Part shown: in pieces, positions 18,570 through 28,040 of the stretch
How the letters are laid out: each line of letters opens with the position of its first letter
Position numbering within the stretch: position 1 is the first letter of the stretch
DNA from: Trueperaceae bacterium
GTDB lineage: Bacteria; Deinococcota; Deinococci; Deinococcales; Trueperaceae
Direction of reading: 5' to 3'
Assembly: GCA_965213925.1 (NCBI GenBank)
Contig: OZ243927.1
Location: 2,080,001-2,144,000 of the forward strand
Length of the DNA stretch: 64,000 nucleotides
Notes under the pieces: model-generated
The model's input: the letters and a program-made list of their open reading frames with translations, nothing else
Told to the model about the DNA's origin: nothing
The model's database searches: none
Position numbers and translations under genes: made by a program

Positions 18570-20123
18570 ATGAGTCAAGCCGCCCTCTTCTTAGTGGTGC
18601 TGAGCATCACAGGTATTTACAGCGTCCGCTGGACGACGCGCTTAGCGCCTCTCACGAGCGAACTGCCGCTCAAAACGGTTCTTGCCACCGCTCTCTGCGC
18701 GCTCGTCGCGGCGCTATCGTTCGCGATGAGTGTCTCTTCGGCGCTTCTCGTCCTCGCGCTTATCGTAGGACCCCTCTTCATCCTCGCCCCGCTACTCCTG
18801 ACGAGTCTGGCAAGAGGTCGCCTCTACAGTGCAGCCAAATCTATAATGGATTTACTTTACTGGACGGATGAAGGGCGCACGGGCGTGCGGCGTCTGCTCG
18901 CGCAAGTCGCGCTGCAGCAGGCGGACGCGGACGAAGCGCTTAACCTCTTGCCGGAGAAGGGCGCGGACCTCTTGCGAATTCAAGCTTACGCGCTCGCCGA
19001 AAGGTGGCGGGAGCTTTTGGAGCTGGACGTGCCCGAGTGGGGCGACAACGCAGCCCTGGCGCGTGCGGGAAGGGCGCAGGCGTATTTAGCCCTCGAGCAG
19101 CGGAGCGCAGCCGAGGCGGAGCTGACGCGAATGCGCCAAACCTGGGAAGACGAGGGGCAAGGTCCCATCGGCTACCGCAGCGTTAAGCTGACCCAAGCGC
19201 GGCTCCACGCCTTTGATGGCAACTTGGAGGCGGCGCGGCGCGAACTGCAAGACCCGCTGCCGGGCGTGCCGCCCTACCGCATTTTAGATATCCTCGCGGA
19301 CGCCGCCGAAAGAGGGCGTAATTTAGAAGCGGCGGTGCGCCTCTACGCGCAAGCCTATACCTACGCGCCGCCGAGTCAGCGGGGGAGGTTTGAAAGGAAG
19401 CTCGAGCTGTACGGTCAGCCCGTTCCTGATATACCAAGTCGCGCGTCTAGGACGAGCACCGCTACCCTCTCCCTCGCCGCCACTATCGTCGCTGCCTATG
19501 TTATACAAGTCTGGATAGACCGCACCTACGGTGCGAATGCAGGCAGCGTCGTAGCAGGCTTTCTGCTCAACCGTCCACAAATCCCCGAGTCCGACGCGCT
19601 ATGGCGCTACCTTTCTTATGCGTTTGTGCACGGCGGCATCGTCCACATCGGACTTAATACATGGGTGCTCTACGACATCGGGCGGCTCTACGAGTCGCGG
19701 CGACACTGGGGCAGTCTGCTTGCGGCGTTCGTTTTCGGCACGGTCATGGGCGCGTACCTCTCGCTCGTCGCAGAGGGGAGTGCGCCGCTCGGGTTGGTCG
19801 GCGCGTCGGGCGGGGTGCTCGGCGTCGCGGGCGCGCTCCTTGCGGACGTGTGGCGCAGCACCAGTCCTCAAGACAAGCTCTTGACTCGCTCTCTGTTGCA
19901 GTGGGTCGTCCTCATCGTCGTCTTTTCTCTTGCGATTCCGGGTGTGTCGCTCTGGGGTCACATTGGCGGGCTGGTCGGCGGTGCGCTGTGGGGCTTCATG
20001 CGGCAAGGTTTGCCGAATACCCGACAGCTCGACCTCATCGCAGGCGGCGTGAGCGTCGGGCTGATGATTTACGCGGTGACGGAGGCGGGGTTGTGGTTGG
20101 TGCGTTACGGTCCGCAGTTGTAA
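18570..20123 (+). CDS. Rhomboid family intramembrane serine protease with long N-terminal membrane and helical (TPR-like) region
   Basis: WRYLSYAFVHGGIVHIGLN, catalytic GASG and GHIGGL.GG; leaderless TAGGCT-N6-ATG. Confidence 0.9.
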   Translation: MSQAALFLVVLSITGIYSVRWTTRLAPLTSELPLKTVLATALCALVAALSFAMSVSSALLVLALIVGPLFILAPLLLTSLARGRLYSAAKSIMDLLYWTDEGRTGVRRLLAQVALQQADADEALNLLPEKGADLLRIQAYALAERWRELLELDVPEWGDNAALARAGRAQAYLALEQRSAAEAELTRMRQTWEDEGQGPIGYRSVKLTQARLHAFDGNLEAARRELQDPLPGVPPYRILDILADAAERGRNLEAAVRLYAQAYTYAPPSQRGRFERKLELYGQPVPDIPSRASRTSTATLSLAATIVAAYVIQVWIDRTYGANAGSVVAGFLLNRPQIPESDALWRYLSYAFVHGGIVHIGLNTWVLYDIGRLYESRRHWGSLLAAFVFGTVMGAYLSLVAEGSAPLGLVGASGGVLGVAGALLADVWRSTSPQDKLLTRSLLQWVVLIVVFSLAIPGVSLWGHIGGLVGGALWGFMRQGLPNTRQLDLIAGGVSVGLMIYAVTEAGLWLVRYGPQL

Positions 20124-20197
20124 GCCGAGATGCTGAGCAGCGTTTCAGACGGCTACGGGTAGTGGCTTTCTCTGGAATGCTCACTGGATATGAACAA

Positions 20198-20221
20198 AAC
20201 AAGGGGTTGCAACCCCTTGTT
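20198..20221. repeat. REP-like palindrome AACAAGGGGTTGCAACCCCTTGTT
   Basis: Perfect 24-bp palindrome in the convergent intergenic region. Confidence 0.55.
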
Positions 20222-20324
20222 TGCTAGCGGGAGTTGGGTCCACTCACGAGGCGCGTCATTCGATCTTGACCCACTACCGGGGGCTACGAAACTCGGTTGA
20301 GTGACGTGCGGTGAGGAAATTGGG

Positions 20325-20360
20325 GAAGGGAGAATATAGGCGCGCCTATATTCTCCCTTC
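20325..20360. terminator. Perfect 36-bp palindrome, probable bidirectional terminator
   Basis: GAAGGGAGAATATAGG-CGCG-CCTATATTCTCCCTTC followed by TTT, between the convergent rhomboid and Crp genes. Confidence 0.7.
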
Positions 20361-20392
20361 TTTATCTGCTCGACCGACTTTCGGGGGTGTCT

Positions 20393-21070
20393 TCAAATAA
20401 CTTGCATCACGTAGTGGTCCGTCGCCGCTTCTAACCCTTTCGGGTTGGCCACGTAGATGCCACGCGTGCCTGAAAGCGCTCCCTCGCTCCTGAGTTCGCC
20501 CAAGATGCGCGTGATAGTGACACGTGACGAGCCCGTCAGCGACGCCAAATCTTCGTGCGTCAGGGCGAGCGGTAGTTTGACGCCCGTCTGGTCGTCGGCG
20601 TGCTGACCGAAGCGCTCGGCTAAGCGTAGAAACGCCCTCGTGACGCGGGCACCGACTGGAAGCTCGGCGTCGTCGATCGCTTCACGGCTGCGGCGCAGTT
20701 GCCGGGCCATGCTGCTCACGATGTAGTCGCGCAGCTTGCGGTCGTTCATCGCTTGTTGGGGGTCTAAAGGCGTTAAGCAGGCGTCATGTACGGCCTCGAC
20801 GGTCTCGGCGTGGCGACCCGACTCGATCGTCGCGACACCTAAAACGTCGCCGGGACCGTAGAGGTCCGCGATGCGGTCGCGCCCTAGCGAGGTCGGTACG
20901 ACCGCTTTGAGCACGCCCTGGTTGACGATATAGAGCGAGCTAGCGTCGCGACCTGACTCGTAGAGCACGCTGCCAGGCTCTAAGGTGCGCGTCGGATGGG
21001 CGAGCGTGCTAGGAACGATGGTGGGGGCGTTGCAGTCTCCTTGGATGAGATGTTCGGTTACGCTTAACAT
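20393..21070 (-). CDS. Crp/Fnr family transcriptional regulator
   Basis: cNMP-binding fold (LY....G.LK, GPGDVLG) and HTH LTHEDLASLTGSSRVTITRILGEL; AAGGAG RBS. Confidence 0.93.
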   Translation of the reverse strand: MLSVTEHLIQGDCNAPTIVPSTLAHPTRTLEPGSVLYESGRDASSLYIVNQGVLKAVVPTSLGRDRIADLYGPGDVLGVATIESGRHAETVEAVHDACLTPLDPQQAMNDRKLRDYIVSSMARQLRRSREAIDDAELPVGARVTRAFLRLAERFGQHADDQTGVKLPLALTHEDLASLTGSSRVTITRILGELRSEGALSGTRGIYVANPKGLEAATDHYVMQVI

Positions 21071-21339
21071 GGAACTCCTTTGCGGCTAAGCTCAGCCACC
21101 CGTCTCGACATACACGTGTTTCGTGTAAGAGAGGAGCTTAACCCTACAGACTAAATGGTCTGTTATTTTGGCTGTCATGTCGGTATGAAAAACTACATTG
21201 TTTGTGAAGATCTTAACGAGAACCTTCATAGACAGCTTAAACCACTGTTCATCAAAAACTTTGAGCGCTACGAGGCGAACGTTTCTGAGGTGGTCAAGAA
21301 GGCGGGACTGAAGCTCAGCGTGACGGCTTAGGAGGTGGC

Positions 21340-21600
21340 GTGAAGACACTCAAGGACAAACTCATCATCATTACAGGCGCAGGGGGCGCGATCGTGGGCG
21401 AGGTCGAGGGGATGCCTTTCGGCACGAAGGCGCACGCTTAGTCTTTGGTCGATAAGGACGGGGTGTGCATCGCCGGACGTTCGTCCTCATGTGGAGCATT
21501 GGCGCTCGAGTCCGACTTCGCCACCTTAGAGAGTGCTCAAGAGGTCGTCGCAGAGGTCAAAAGTAAGTTAGACGCTCGGGAGATGAGGCGAGTCTCTTAG
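21340..21600 (+). pseudogene. Truncated short-chain dehydrogenase (SDR) remnant with internal stop
   Basis: AGGAGG RBS, then VKTLKDKLIIITGAGGAIV...AHA*SLVDKD...ESDFATLESAQEVVAEV. This is an SDR Rossmann N-terminus with an in-frame TAG at 21439-21441 and no catalytic half. Confidence 0.65.
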
Positions 21601-21690
21601 AGATACCGCTCAACCCGCCGCGTCATAGGCGGTGACGCACGCGCTGAAAGTTAGCATGAGTCATACTGTCTTCCGCAGATAGCGAAATAG

Positions 21691-21727
21691 AAAAAAGCGT
21701 GCGTTGGACCTTCCAACGCACGCTTTT
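21691..21727 (-). terminator. Rho-independent terminator of the fasciclin gene
   Basis: AAAAAAGCGTGCGTTGG-ACCTT-CCAACGCACGCTTTT, about 25 bp past the stop. Confidence 0.85.
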
Positions 21728-21751
21728 GAGGTGAGGTTTAAGCTCGAGCGT

Positions 21752-22435
21752 TTACTGACCGCCGGTCTCGCCGCCCGTCATGCTGCCACCTGTTTCAGAC
21801 ATACCGCCTGTCATGCTTCCGCCGGTCTCGCTGCCACCTGTAGCGGAGCCGCCCGTCTGAGAGCCCATGCTAGAGGGTAGAAGCACTGCGTCGATCACGT
21901 GAATCACGCCGTTCGAGGCTTGGATATCCGTTTCGGTAATCGTCGCGTCACCGATCATGGGGCTACCGCCCGAGGTGCTAATTGAAAGCTCTTGACCGTT
22001 GAGCATCAAGACTTCGGAGAAGCCTGTGATCTCCGAGGCAGGGTACACACCTGAGACCACGTGGTTTTGGAGCAAGTTGGCGAGCTGATCCAGGTCGTTG
22101 AGAATGGCGTTGAGTTCTTCCGAAGGAAGGGCCTCGAACGCTTCGTTAGTCGGCGCGAAGACCGTGAACGAGCCGCTCGAGAGTTCCTCGGCTAAGCCCG
22201 CCGCGTTAAGCGCGTCTAAAAGGGTGCTGAACTGCGAGTCGCTCGAGACGATATCGGCGATTGTCTGACCGCCTGCGCCGCCCGTCATGCCGCCCGTCTC
22301 ACTGCCGCCCGTGCTGTCACCGCCTGTCATGCCGCCGCCCGTGCTGCCGCCGCCCGTCATGCCGCCCGTATCCTGAGCGAGTGCTAAACCTAACGTGAGA
22401 GCGAGACCTAAAAGTAAAACAGATAGTTTGTTCAT
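21752..22435 (-). CDS. Secreted fasciclin (FAS1) domain protein with Thr-Gly-Gly repeat tails
   Basis: Signal peptide ALA-Q; FSTL, FTVFAPTNEAF, HVV and DIQASNGVIHVIDAVLLP motifs. Confidence 0.95.
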   Translation of the reverse strand: MNKLSVLLLGLALTLGLALAQDTGGMTGGGSTGGGMTGGDSTGGSETGGMTGGAGGQTIADIVSSDSQFSTLLDALNAAGLAEELSSGSFTVFAPTNEAFEALPSEELNAILNDLDQLANLLQNHVVSGVYPASEITGFSEVLMLNGQELSISTSGGSPMIGDATITETDIQASNGVIHVIDAVLLPSSMGSQTGGSATGGSETGGSMTGGMSETGGSMTGGETGGQ

Positions 22436-23091
22436 GTCGTCTCCTAGTATTGAAGCCGCGCTAGCCTAGTGGTTTGACGATGCTGAGACCTCAACGCGGA
22501 AAGGTCCCCCCGTGTCTTTTCCACCCTGCACCATACCGGTACATATGTGAATTATTTTATAGAAAAGATGAGAATCATGATCCTTGGCTCACAGTTGTAA
22601 GGGTCAACAAGCTTTGTCAGGGACAAAGCGGTCGCCTCACGCAACGCATTTTATGAGGAAGAGGGTCCGCTAGGACGAGGTTCGCCGAGGTCTATAAAGG
22701 TATAGAGGGCGCGGAAAAGGGACGACCGTTTAATGAAGGTAAGCCGTAGAGGTCCGTCCGGTAGGGCTGATACCGTTTCCGGGTAATTCCTATGGGAATT
22801 ACCCCGAGCGAAGAGCCTTCAGCAGGGGGTATTGACTGGTCATAGACGTGCATAGATAACGGGATGCTACCCCCTGCTGAAAGCTCCTTAGCGAGTAGAA
22901 AAAGTACGGATTCCGATGATTACGGAAGCAACGACGAAGGAGTTTATGCAGGAATCATCGGAATCCATATGACGCCCCGAATGCATCCGAGAAGACGCGC
23001 CCTGGTTCAACCTAGCGGCGCGGTGAGAACTGACAAGGGTCATCAGATTTAGGGTTGTGTCTAGGGACCGCAAGGAGCGGCGCTAAAGGCG

Positions 23092-23901
23092 CTAGGGGTT
23101 GCTGCGCTCCGGGCTCAAGTCGGCGCTTAAGTGCGCCTGAATCCGCTTGACCAAATCCCTCGGGTTAAAGGGTTTCTCGATAAAGGCTTGCGCGCCTAGC
23201 TTCATGCCCCGCTCGATCTGCTCCTCGCGGCGCAGCGACGAGAGGATGAAAACGGGCACGTCGGAGCGTTCGCGGATGAGTTGTAACAGCTCGAAACCCG
23301 TGCCGCCCGGCAAGTTCACGTCTAAGAGGACGAGGTTCATCTGGTCTAGGTGCTTGGTGATGAGCGAGCGGGCTTGCGGCACGTTCTCGGCGCTCCGCAC
23401 GAAGTAGCCCTGCCGTCCCAAAATATCGCCGATGAGCCCGCGCAAGGCGGCGCTGTCCTCGACGATGAGCACGTTCGGACGCTCGTCTTGTTGACCGTGC
23501 ATGGTGATGTCGGTGCGCGTGACTTTGGGCGTCTCTTTGACGAGCGCGCGCACCGCGCCCAGCAGCTCCTTGCTGCTAAAGGGTTTGCTCAGCACCTCGT
23601 CTAAGCGAACGTCCGAGTCGTCGAGCGCGTGCTGCTCGTCGTGCGTCGCCAGCATCAAGATAGGCACACCTTCTAAGCGCGGCACGCGGCGCATCCGCCC
23701 GGCGACCTCTAAGCCGCCTATATGCGGCATCGTCGCCGCTAAAATGGCAAGCTCCGGGGTGCTCTGCTGCAGGTGCGAGAGCGCCTCATGACCGTTTCTG
23801 GCGAGGGTGACGGTGTAGTCTCTCGAGATGAGCACGATCTCGACTAAGTCCAAAACCTTGGGGTCATGTTCAGCCACAAGCACGGTAGGATTCTCCGCCA
23901 T
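23092..23901 (-). CDS. Tandem two-receiver-domain response regulator with no output domain
   Basis: REC1 VLVAEHD...LAILAATMP...KPF (phospho-Asp replaced by Ala); REC2 VLIVEDS...LVLLDVNLPG..G...KPF (canonical). Confidence 0.9.
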   Translation of the reverse strand: MAENPTVLVAEHDPKVLDLVEIVLISRDYTVTLARNGHEALSHLQQSTPELAILAATMPHIGGLEVAGRMRRVPRLEGVPILMLATHDEQHALDDSDVRLDEVLSKPFSSKELLGAVRALVKETPKVTRTDITMHGQQDERPNVLIVEDSAALRGLIGDILGRQGYFVRSAENVPQARSLITKHLDQMNLVLLDVNLPGGTGFELLQLIRERSDVPVFILSSLRREEQIERGMKLGAQAFIEKPFNPRDLVKRIQAHLSADLSPERSNP

Positions 23902-24039
23902 CACGTGTTCCGAACCCAGGAACAAACCCAGGAAGAGGTGACCGAGAGGGTGGAGAAAAAGATCATATGCGCTAGTTTACCGCACCACGCCGCCCTAAAA
24001 CGAAAATGTGAAGTTCACGGCATTGTTGTGGCAACTCAA

Positions 24040-24199
24040 TACTCTGTCAGCTAAGTTGTGCGATATTGTTGTCACCCTGAGCCCGGTCGAGGAGTCTCGC
24101 CTTGCAATCTCTGTTAGACAAGGAGGCGAATGCAGAGATTCTTACGCTCCACTGCGTTCCGCTCAGAATGACATCACTCATTCTTTAGTTGACGGTGTA
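24040..24199 (+). mobile_element. MITE-like element copy B (160 bp)
   Basis: TACTCTGTCAGCTAA ... TTAGTTGACGGTGTA termini; inner TGTCACCCTGAGC ... GAGATTCTTACGCTCCACTGCGTTCCGCTCAGAATGACA. Confidence 0.75.
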
Positions 24200-24293
24200 C
24201 TCAACCAAATCTACACAAGCGTCATGTTTCGACGCGCGCATTGGTCCGTGCTTGCTCGAGTGAGCGTGTTGGTGACCAGATGCTACCTGCGGT

Positions 24294-25190
24294 TCACTTC
24301 TCCGAAGAAAGCGCAAACCCTCGCATGAACTGCTCCTGCAAGATCACAAAGATAATGAGGGGCGGAATGAGCGCCAGCAGCGCCCCCGCCATCACGTACC
24401 CCCACTGTGTCCCCTCGCCCGTGCTGATGATGAGGTTGAGCCCGACCTGAATTACCTGCTTGCTCTCGCGCCGGATGATGACCAAGGGCCACAGATACTG
24501 GTCCCACACGTAGACGAACTGGATGACCGCCAACGCCCCGATGGTATTCCAACTCATCGGGATGAGGATGCTCCAGAGGAAGCGTAAGGGGCTCGCGCCG
24601 TCCATCTTGGCGGCGTCGGCTAAACTCGTCGGGATGGACATGAAGTGCTGCCGGAACAAAAACGTCCCCGTCGCGGAGGCGAGAAAAGGCACGATGATCG
24701 CCCAGTACGTGTTCGACCAGCCGAAGCCGTACTCGGTGGGGCGCGTGAGAATCGCCAGCGGATCGCTGAGCCAGTCCCACCACGCTTCCCACGAACCAGG
24801 CGGCTGCTGCGACACGAGGTCAAAAAGTCCGACGATGAGGACTTCGGTGGGCATCATCAGGGTGAAGAGGATGAAGGAGAAGACGAACGGCTTGAATGGG
24901 ATGCGGAAAAACACGAGCGCCATCCCCGCCATGAGCGAGAGGATCGTCTTACCCACCGTCACGGTGAAGGCGATGATGAGCGAGTTGCGCATGAACACGC
25001 CCAAGTTCGCCCCTTGCCACACCGCGCGGATATTGGTCCAGAGTTCGCCGCCCGGAATCAGACTCGGCGAGACCACCTCCCCTCTCGTCTGCGTCGCTTT
25101 GATGAGCGCAAAGAGAATCGGCGCGCAGATGATGAAGCAGCTTATGACGAGCAGGATGTGGATGACGGGGCGAGGCTTATTACTTCTCAT
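24294..25190 (-). CDS. ugpE: Carbohydrate (sn-glycerol-3-phosphate-like) ABC permease, UgpE-like
   Basis: ASATGTFLFRQHF, EAA-like DAAKMDGA and WDQYLWPL motifs. Confidence 0.85.
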   Translation of the reverse strand: MRSNKPRPVIHILLVISCFIICAPILFALIKATQTRGEVVSPSLIPGGELWTNIRAVWQGANLGVFMRNSLIIAFTVTVGKTILSLMAGMALVFFRIPFKPFVFSFILFTLMMPTEVLIVGLFDLVSQQPPGSWEAWWDWLSDPLAILTRPTEYGFGWSNTYWAIIVPFLASATGTFLFRQHFMSIPTSLADAAKMDGASPLRFLWSILIPMSWNTIGALAVIQFVYVWDQYLWPLVIIRRESKQVIQVGLNLIISTGEGTQWGYVMAGALLALIPPLIIFVILQEQFMRGFALSSEK

Positions 25191-25203
25191 CAGTTACCTC
25201 CCA

Positions 25204-26133
25204 TTAGTTGCCGCCGTACTGCACGTTACGGCTGCCGTAGCGGAACTGCAAAACGGTGACAGCCGCCACCGTCATCAGAAGCACCACCCCTTGCGCCGCC
25301 GCGAAGCCCAAGTTGCCGTTGCCGCCGAAACCGTCCTGGTAGAGCCTGTAGATCATCGTGGTGGTGAGCCCCGCGTTATCCAAGGGTTCAGGTCCGACGG
25401 GACCGCCCCTCGTCAAAATATCGATGAGTCCGAACGTCTCGAAAAAACTATAGGTGAGGTTCGTAAAAACCAGAAAGAAGGTCATCGGGCTGAGTAGCGG
25501 AAAGGTGATGGACCAGAAGCGCTGCCAGGCGTTCGCGCCGTCGATTTCGGCGGCTTCGGTGAGGCTGCCGGGGATGTTCTGCAGCGCCGCTAGATAAAAG
25601 ACGATGTTGTAGCCGATGTTCTTCCAGATCGAAGCGAGCACGACCAGACCGAACGCCAACACGGGCGTGTCGAGCCAGCGCGGTTTGATGCCTAATGTCG
25701 CGTCTAAAAGCTGGTTGACCGCGCCGACTTCGGGGTTGAAAAGAAACGAGAAAATAGTACCTGCGACAGCAGGGGAGAGCGCGAAGGGCCAGATAAGGAG
25801 CAGGCGGTACACGCGAGCGCCACTCACGTTTTGATTCGCGAGAACCGACAGCGCGAGGCTTACGCTGAGACCGAGCCCTACTACCGCGACGCTAAAGAGG
25901 AGGCTCTGAACGATCACTTGGCGGTACATCGGCGCGAGCGGACCCGTAAAGAGCGCCTGAAAGTTTTCCAGACCGATGAAGCGGCGCGTGCCCAAAATCA
26001 GGTTACTTCTATAGAGGCTGATCACAAACGATTGGAGCGCAGGGTAGTAGAGGAAAAGCGTCAGGATGACGAGCGACGGTGCGAGGAGCAGCCAGGCCGT
26101 CCTCGAGCTTTTGAACACAGGATTCTCCTGCAT
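25204..26133 (-). CDS. ugpA: Carbohydrate ABC permease, UgpA-like
   Basis: LLIWPFALSPAVAG, WKNIGYN, EAAEIDGA, FPLLSP.TFFL and TYSFFETFG.ID motifs. Confidence 0.87.
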   Translation of the reverse strand: MQENPVFKSSRTAWLLLAPSLVILTLFLYYPALQSFVISLYRSNLILGTRRFIGLENFQALFTGPLAPMYRQVIVQSLLFSVAVVGLGLSVSLALSVLANQNVSGARVYRLLLIWPFALSPAVAGTIFSFLFNPEVGAVNQLLDATLGIKPRWLDTPVLAFGLVVLASIWKNIGYNIVFYLAALQNIPGSLTEAAEIDGANAWQRFWSITFPLLSPMTFFLVFTNLTYSFFETFGLIDILTRGGPVGPEPLDNAGLTTTMIYRLYQDGFGGNGNLGFAAAQGVVLLMTVAAVTVLQFRYGSRNVQYGGN

Positions 26134-26341
26134 AAAACCTCCAAGCAGGTGTCATCCGGTTGCAGCCCTCCATATAGAAAGCGTTAATTTGGACGTTCTG
26201 AAGCGATGATTCCTGCAATTAGATTAGAGCGAACCTTCACCGAAAGCCAAAAAATATAAAGGTTGTCTCGAGGTGCGACTTGAATAGTCTAACCTCGATA
26301 GGGTTGAGCTGTAATGACCCATTGGGACACCCGTTACGACG

Positions 26342-26388
26342 GCGTAGGGGCGATTCATACGATAATAAACATACACGTGCCCCTACGT
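26342..26388. repeat. GTAG-type REP-like palindrome
   Basis: CGTAGGGGCG...GCCCCTACG, between the substrate-binding protein and permease genes. Confidence 0.6.
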
Positions 26389-26421
26389 CAGCGCTGCATT
26401 AGCGTGTAGCTACTGCGCTAT

Positions 26422-27714
26422 TTAGAAATTACTGTTGTACTGCTCCAGAGCGTTATCCGCCAAACGCTTTGCCTCTTCTAACGCCGCGTCCACCTCTTGA
26501 CCATTTAAGACCTTTTGAATCGCCTCTTCGATGATGGTGCGGATTTCGGGGAAGGGTCCCATGAGTGCGCCCGCTGTAGCGGGGACGGTCTCGGTGTTCT
26601 CGAGCTGGTCAAACGCCACCTCGAAGCGCGGGTTATCGTCGAACCAGTTCTCGGACTCTAACGCCTCCACCGATGAGGTGCGCACCGGGAAGTAGCCTGT
26701 GAGCTTGTGCCAGCTCTCCATGTTTTCGGTGTTGGTCATGTACAGCACGAAGTCGCGGGCGGCGGTGAGTTCCTCTTCCGGGTGGTCTTGCATGATCCAC
26801 ACGCTCGCCCCGCCGACGATGACGCCCGTGCGCTCCGCGTCGTCCGCGATGGGCAAGAGCCCCGTGCCGACCTCGAACGAATCGCCCGCCGCGCTCACGA
26901 TGTTGCCGATATCCGCCGTCGAGGTGATGTGAAACATCGCGTTGCCCTCGGTGAAAATGGCGTCGCTGCCCGACCAATCTTCTAATACGCCCGTGTAGGT
27001 GTAGTAGCCGCTATCATTGAGTTCTTTAATCCAACTCGCGATATTTTTAGCGGCGTCGCTCGTCAGCAAAACTTCGGTGGCTCTGCCGTCACGTCCGTTA
27101 TTGTTGTTCGCTAAGAGTGCGCCCTGCTGCGCCATCCACTGCTCGAAGAACCAGGAGTGGAGGTTAAAGCCGATGCAGTTCGCGCCCACGCCCGCCTCTT
27201 CCGCTGTTTGGCACGCCTCCAAGACTTCACCGTACGTCTGCGGCGGGTTCTCCGGGTCGAGCCCTGCCTCGTTCATCAAGTCTTCGTTCATATAGAGAAT
27301 TGGGTTCGACGAGTTGAAAGGAATCGAGTTGACCGTGCCGTCAATCGTGTAGTAGTTCAGCACAGGCTGAATGTAGTCGTCGGTGCTGAAGTCACCGATC
27401 TGTCCGACCGGCTCGAACAGCCCGGAGTCGACCGCAATCTGGCTGCCGACCTCGAAGACCTGCACGACGTGGGGCGGCTCGCCCTGCCGCGCGGCTAAAA
27501 CTGCGCCGTCCAAGGTTTCGCGGTAGGAGGCTTTGCTCTCGACGACGACGTTGAAGTCGGAGTTTTGCTCGCTCCACTCGGCGGCGCGCTCTTCGATCCA
27601 GCTGCTGCGCGCTTCGTCGCCGAAAGCGTGCCAGAATTCGATGGTGGTTTGGGCGCTCGCGAAGCTGAGCACGGCAAGAAGAGATACCAGCACGACGGTT
27701 AAAAGACGCTTCAT
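26422..27714 (-). CDS. ugpB: ABC substrate-binding protein, UgpB-like
   Basis: Signal peptide ASA-Q; IEFWH, QVFEVG, SIPFNSSNPILYMN, GGASVW and WHKLTGYFP motifs. No ATPase gene in the cluster. Confidence 0.87.
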   Translation of the reverse strand: MKRLLTVVLVSLLAVLSFASAQTTIEFWHAFGDEARSSWIEERAAEWSEQNSDFNVVVESKASYRETLDGAVLAARQGEPPHVVQVFEVGSQIAVDSGLFEPVGQIGDFSTDDYIQPVLNYYTIDGTVNSIPFNSSNPILYMNEDLMNEAGLDPENPPQTYGEVLEACQTAEEAGVGANCIGFNLHSWFFEQWMAQQGALLANNNNGRDGRATEVLLTSDAAKNIASWIKELNDSGYYTYTGVLEDWSGSDAIFTEGNAMFHITSTADIGNIVSAAGDSFEVGTGLLPIADDAERTGVIVGGASVWIMQDHPEEELTAARDFVLYMTNTENMESWHKLTGYFPVRTSSVEALESENWFDDNPRFEVAFDQLENTETVPATAGALMGPFPEIRTIIEEAIQKVLNGQEVDAALEEAKRLADNALEQYNSNF

Positions 27715-28040
27715 CAGATTATTCTCCTTTGACTGCTAGATTGCATAGCCATCATATGAACTTGCGTTCTAGCATGTCAAGTGAGGGTCAGATAGATGTC
27801 AGGTTGGGCTCGAGCCTTCTCTCTACACCGCACTGAGTATATTTCGCCCGCGTAGCCGCCTGCACGGTTCCAAGCTTTGAGATATGGTCTAACTATCTGT
27901 CTGGACCGCCTTAGACGGGGATGACAAGAAGAGCAAGCTCGAGCCGAGCCCCTGCACGGTGAGCAGGTACGGTGAGTTTGTACGCCGCAGCTCGAGCTTT
28001 ACCACCGTAAATTAGAGTGTTGTAGAGGAATGAGGAACCA

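Noticed and set aside
20393..21070. Calling the Crp/Fnr protein DdrI
   Set aside because: The sequence does not show enough resemblance to support a specific ortholog name without a search.
21752..22380. Repeated GCCGCCCGTCAT-like units as a possible CRISPR or VNTR
   Set aside because: They are in-frame TGG peptide repeats of the fasciclin gene; no repeat-spacer array was seen anywhere in the window.
24523..25497. 324-aa plus-strand ORF
   Set aside because: Antisense to well-supported ugpE/ugpA-like permeases.
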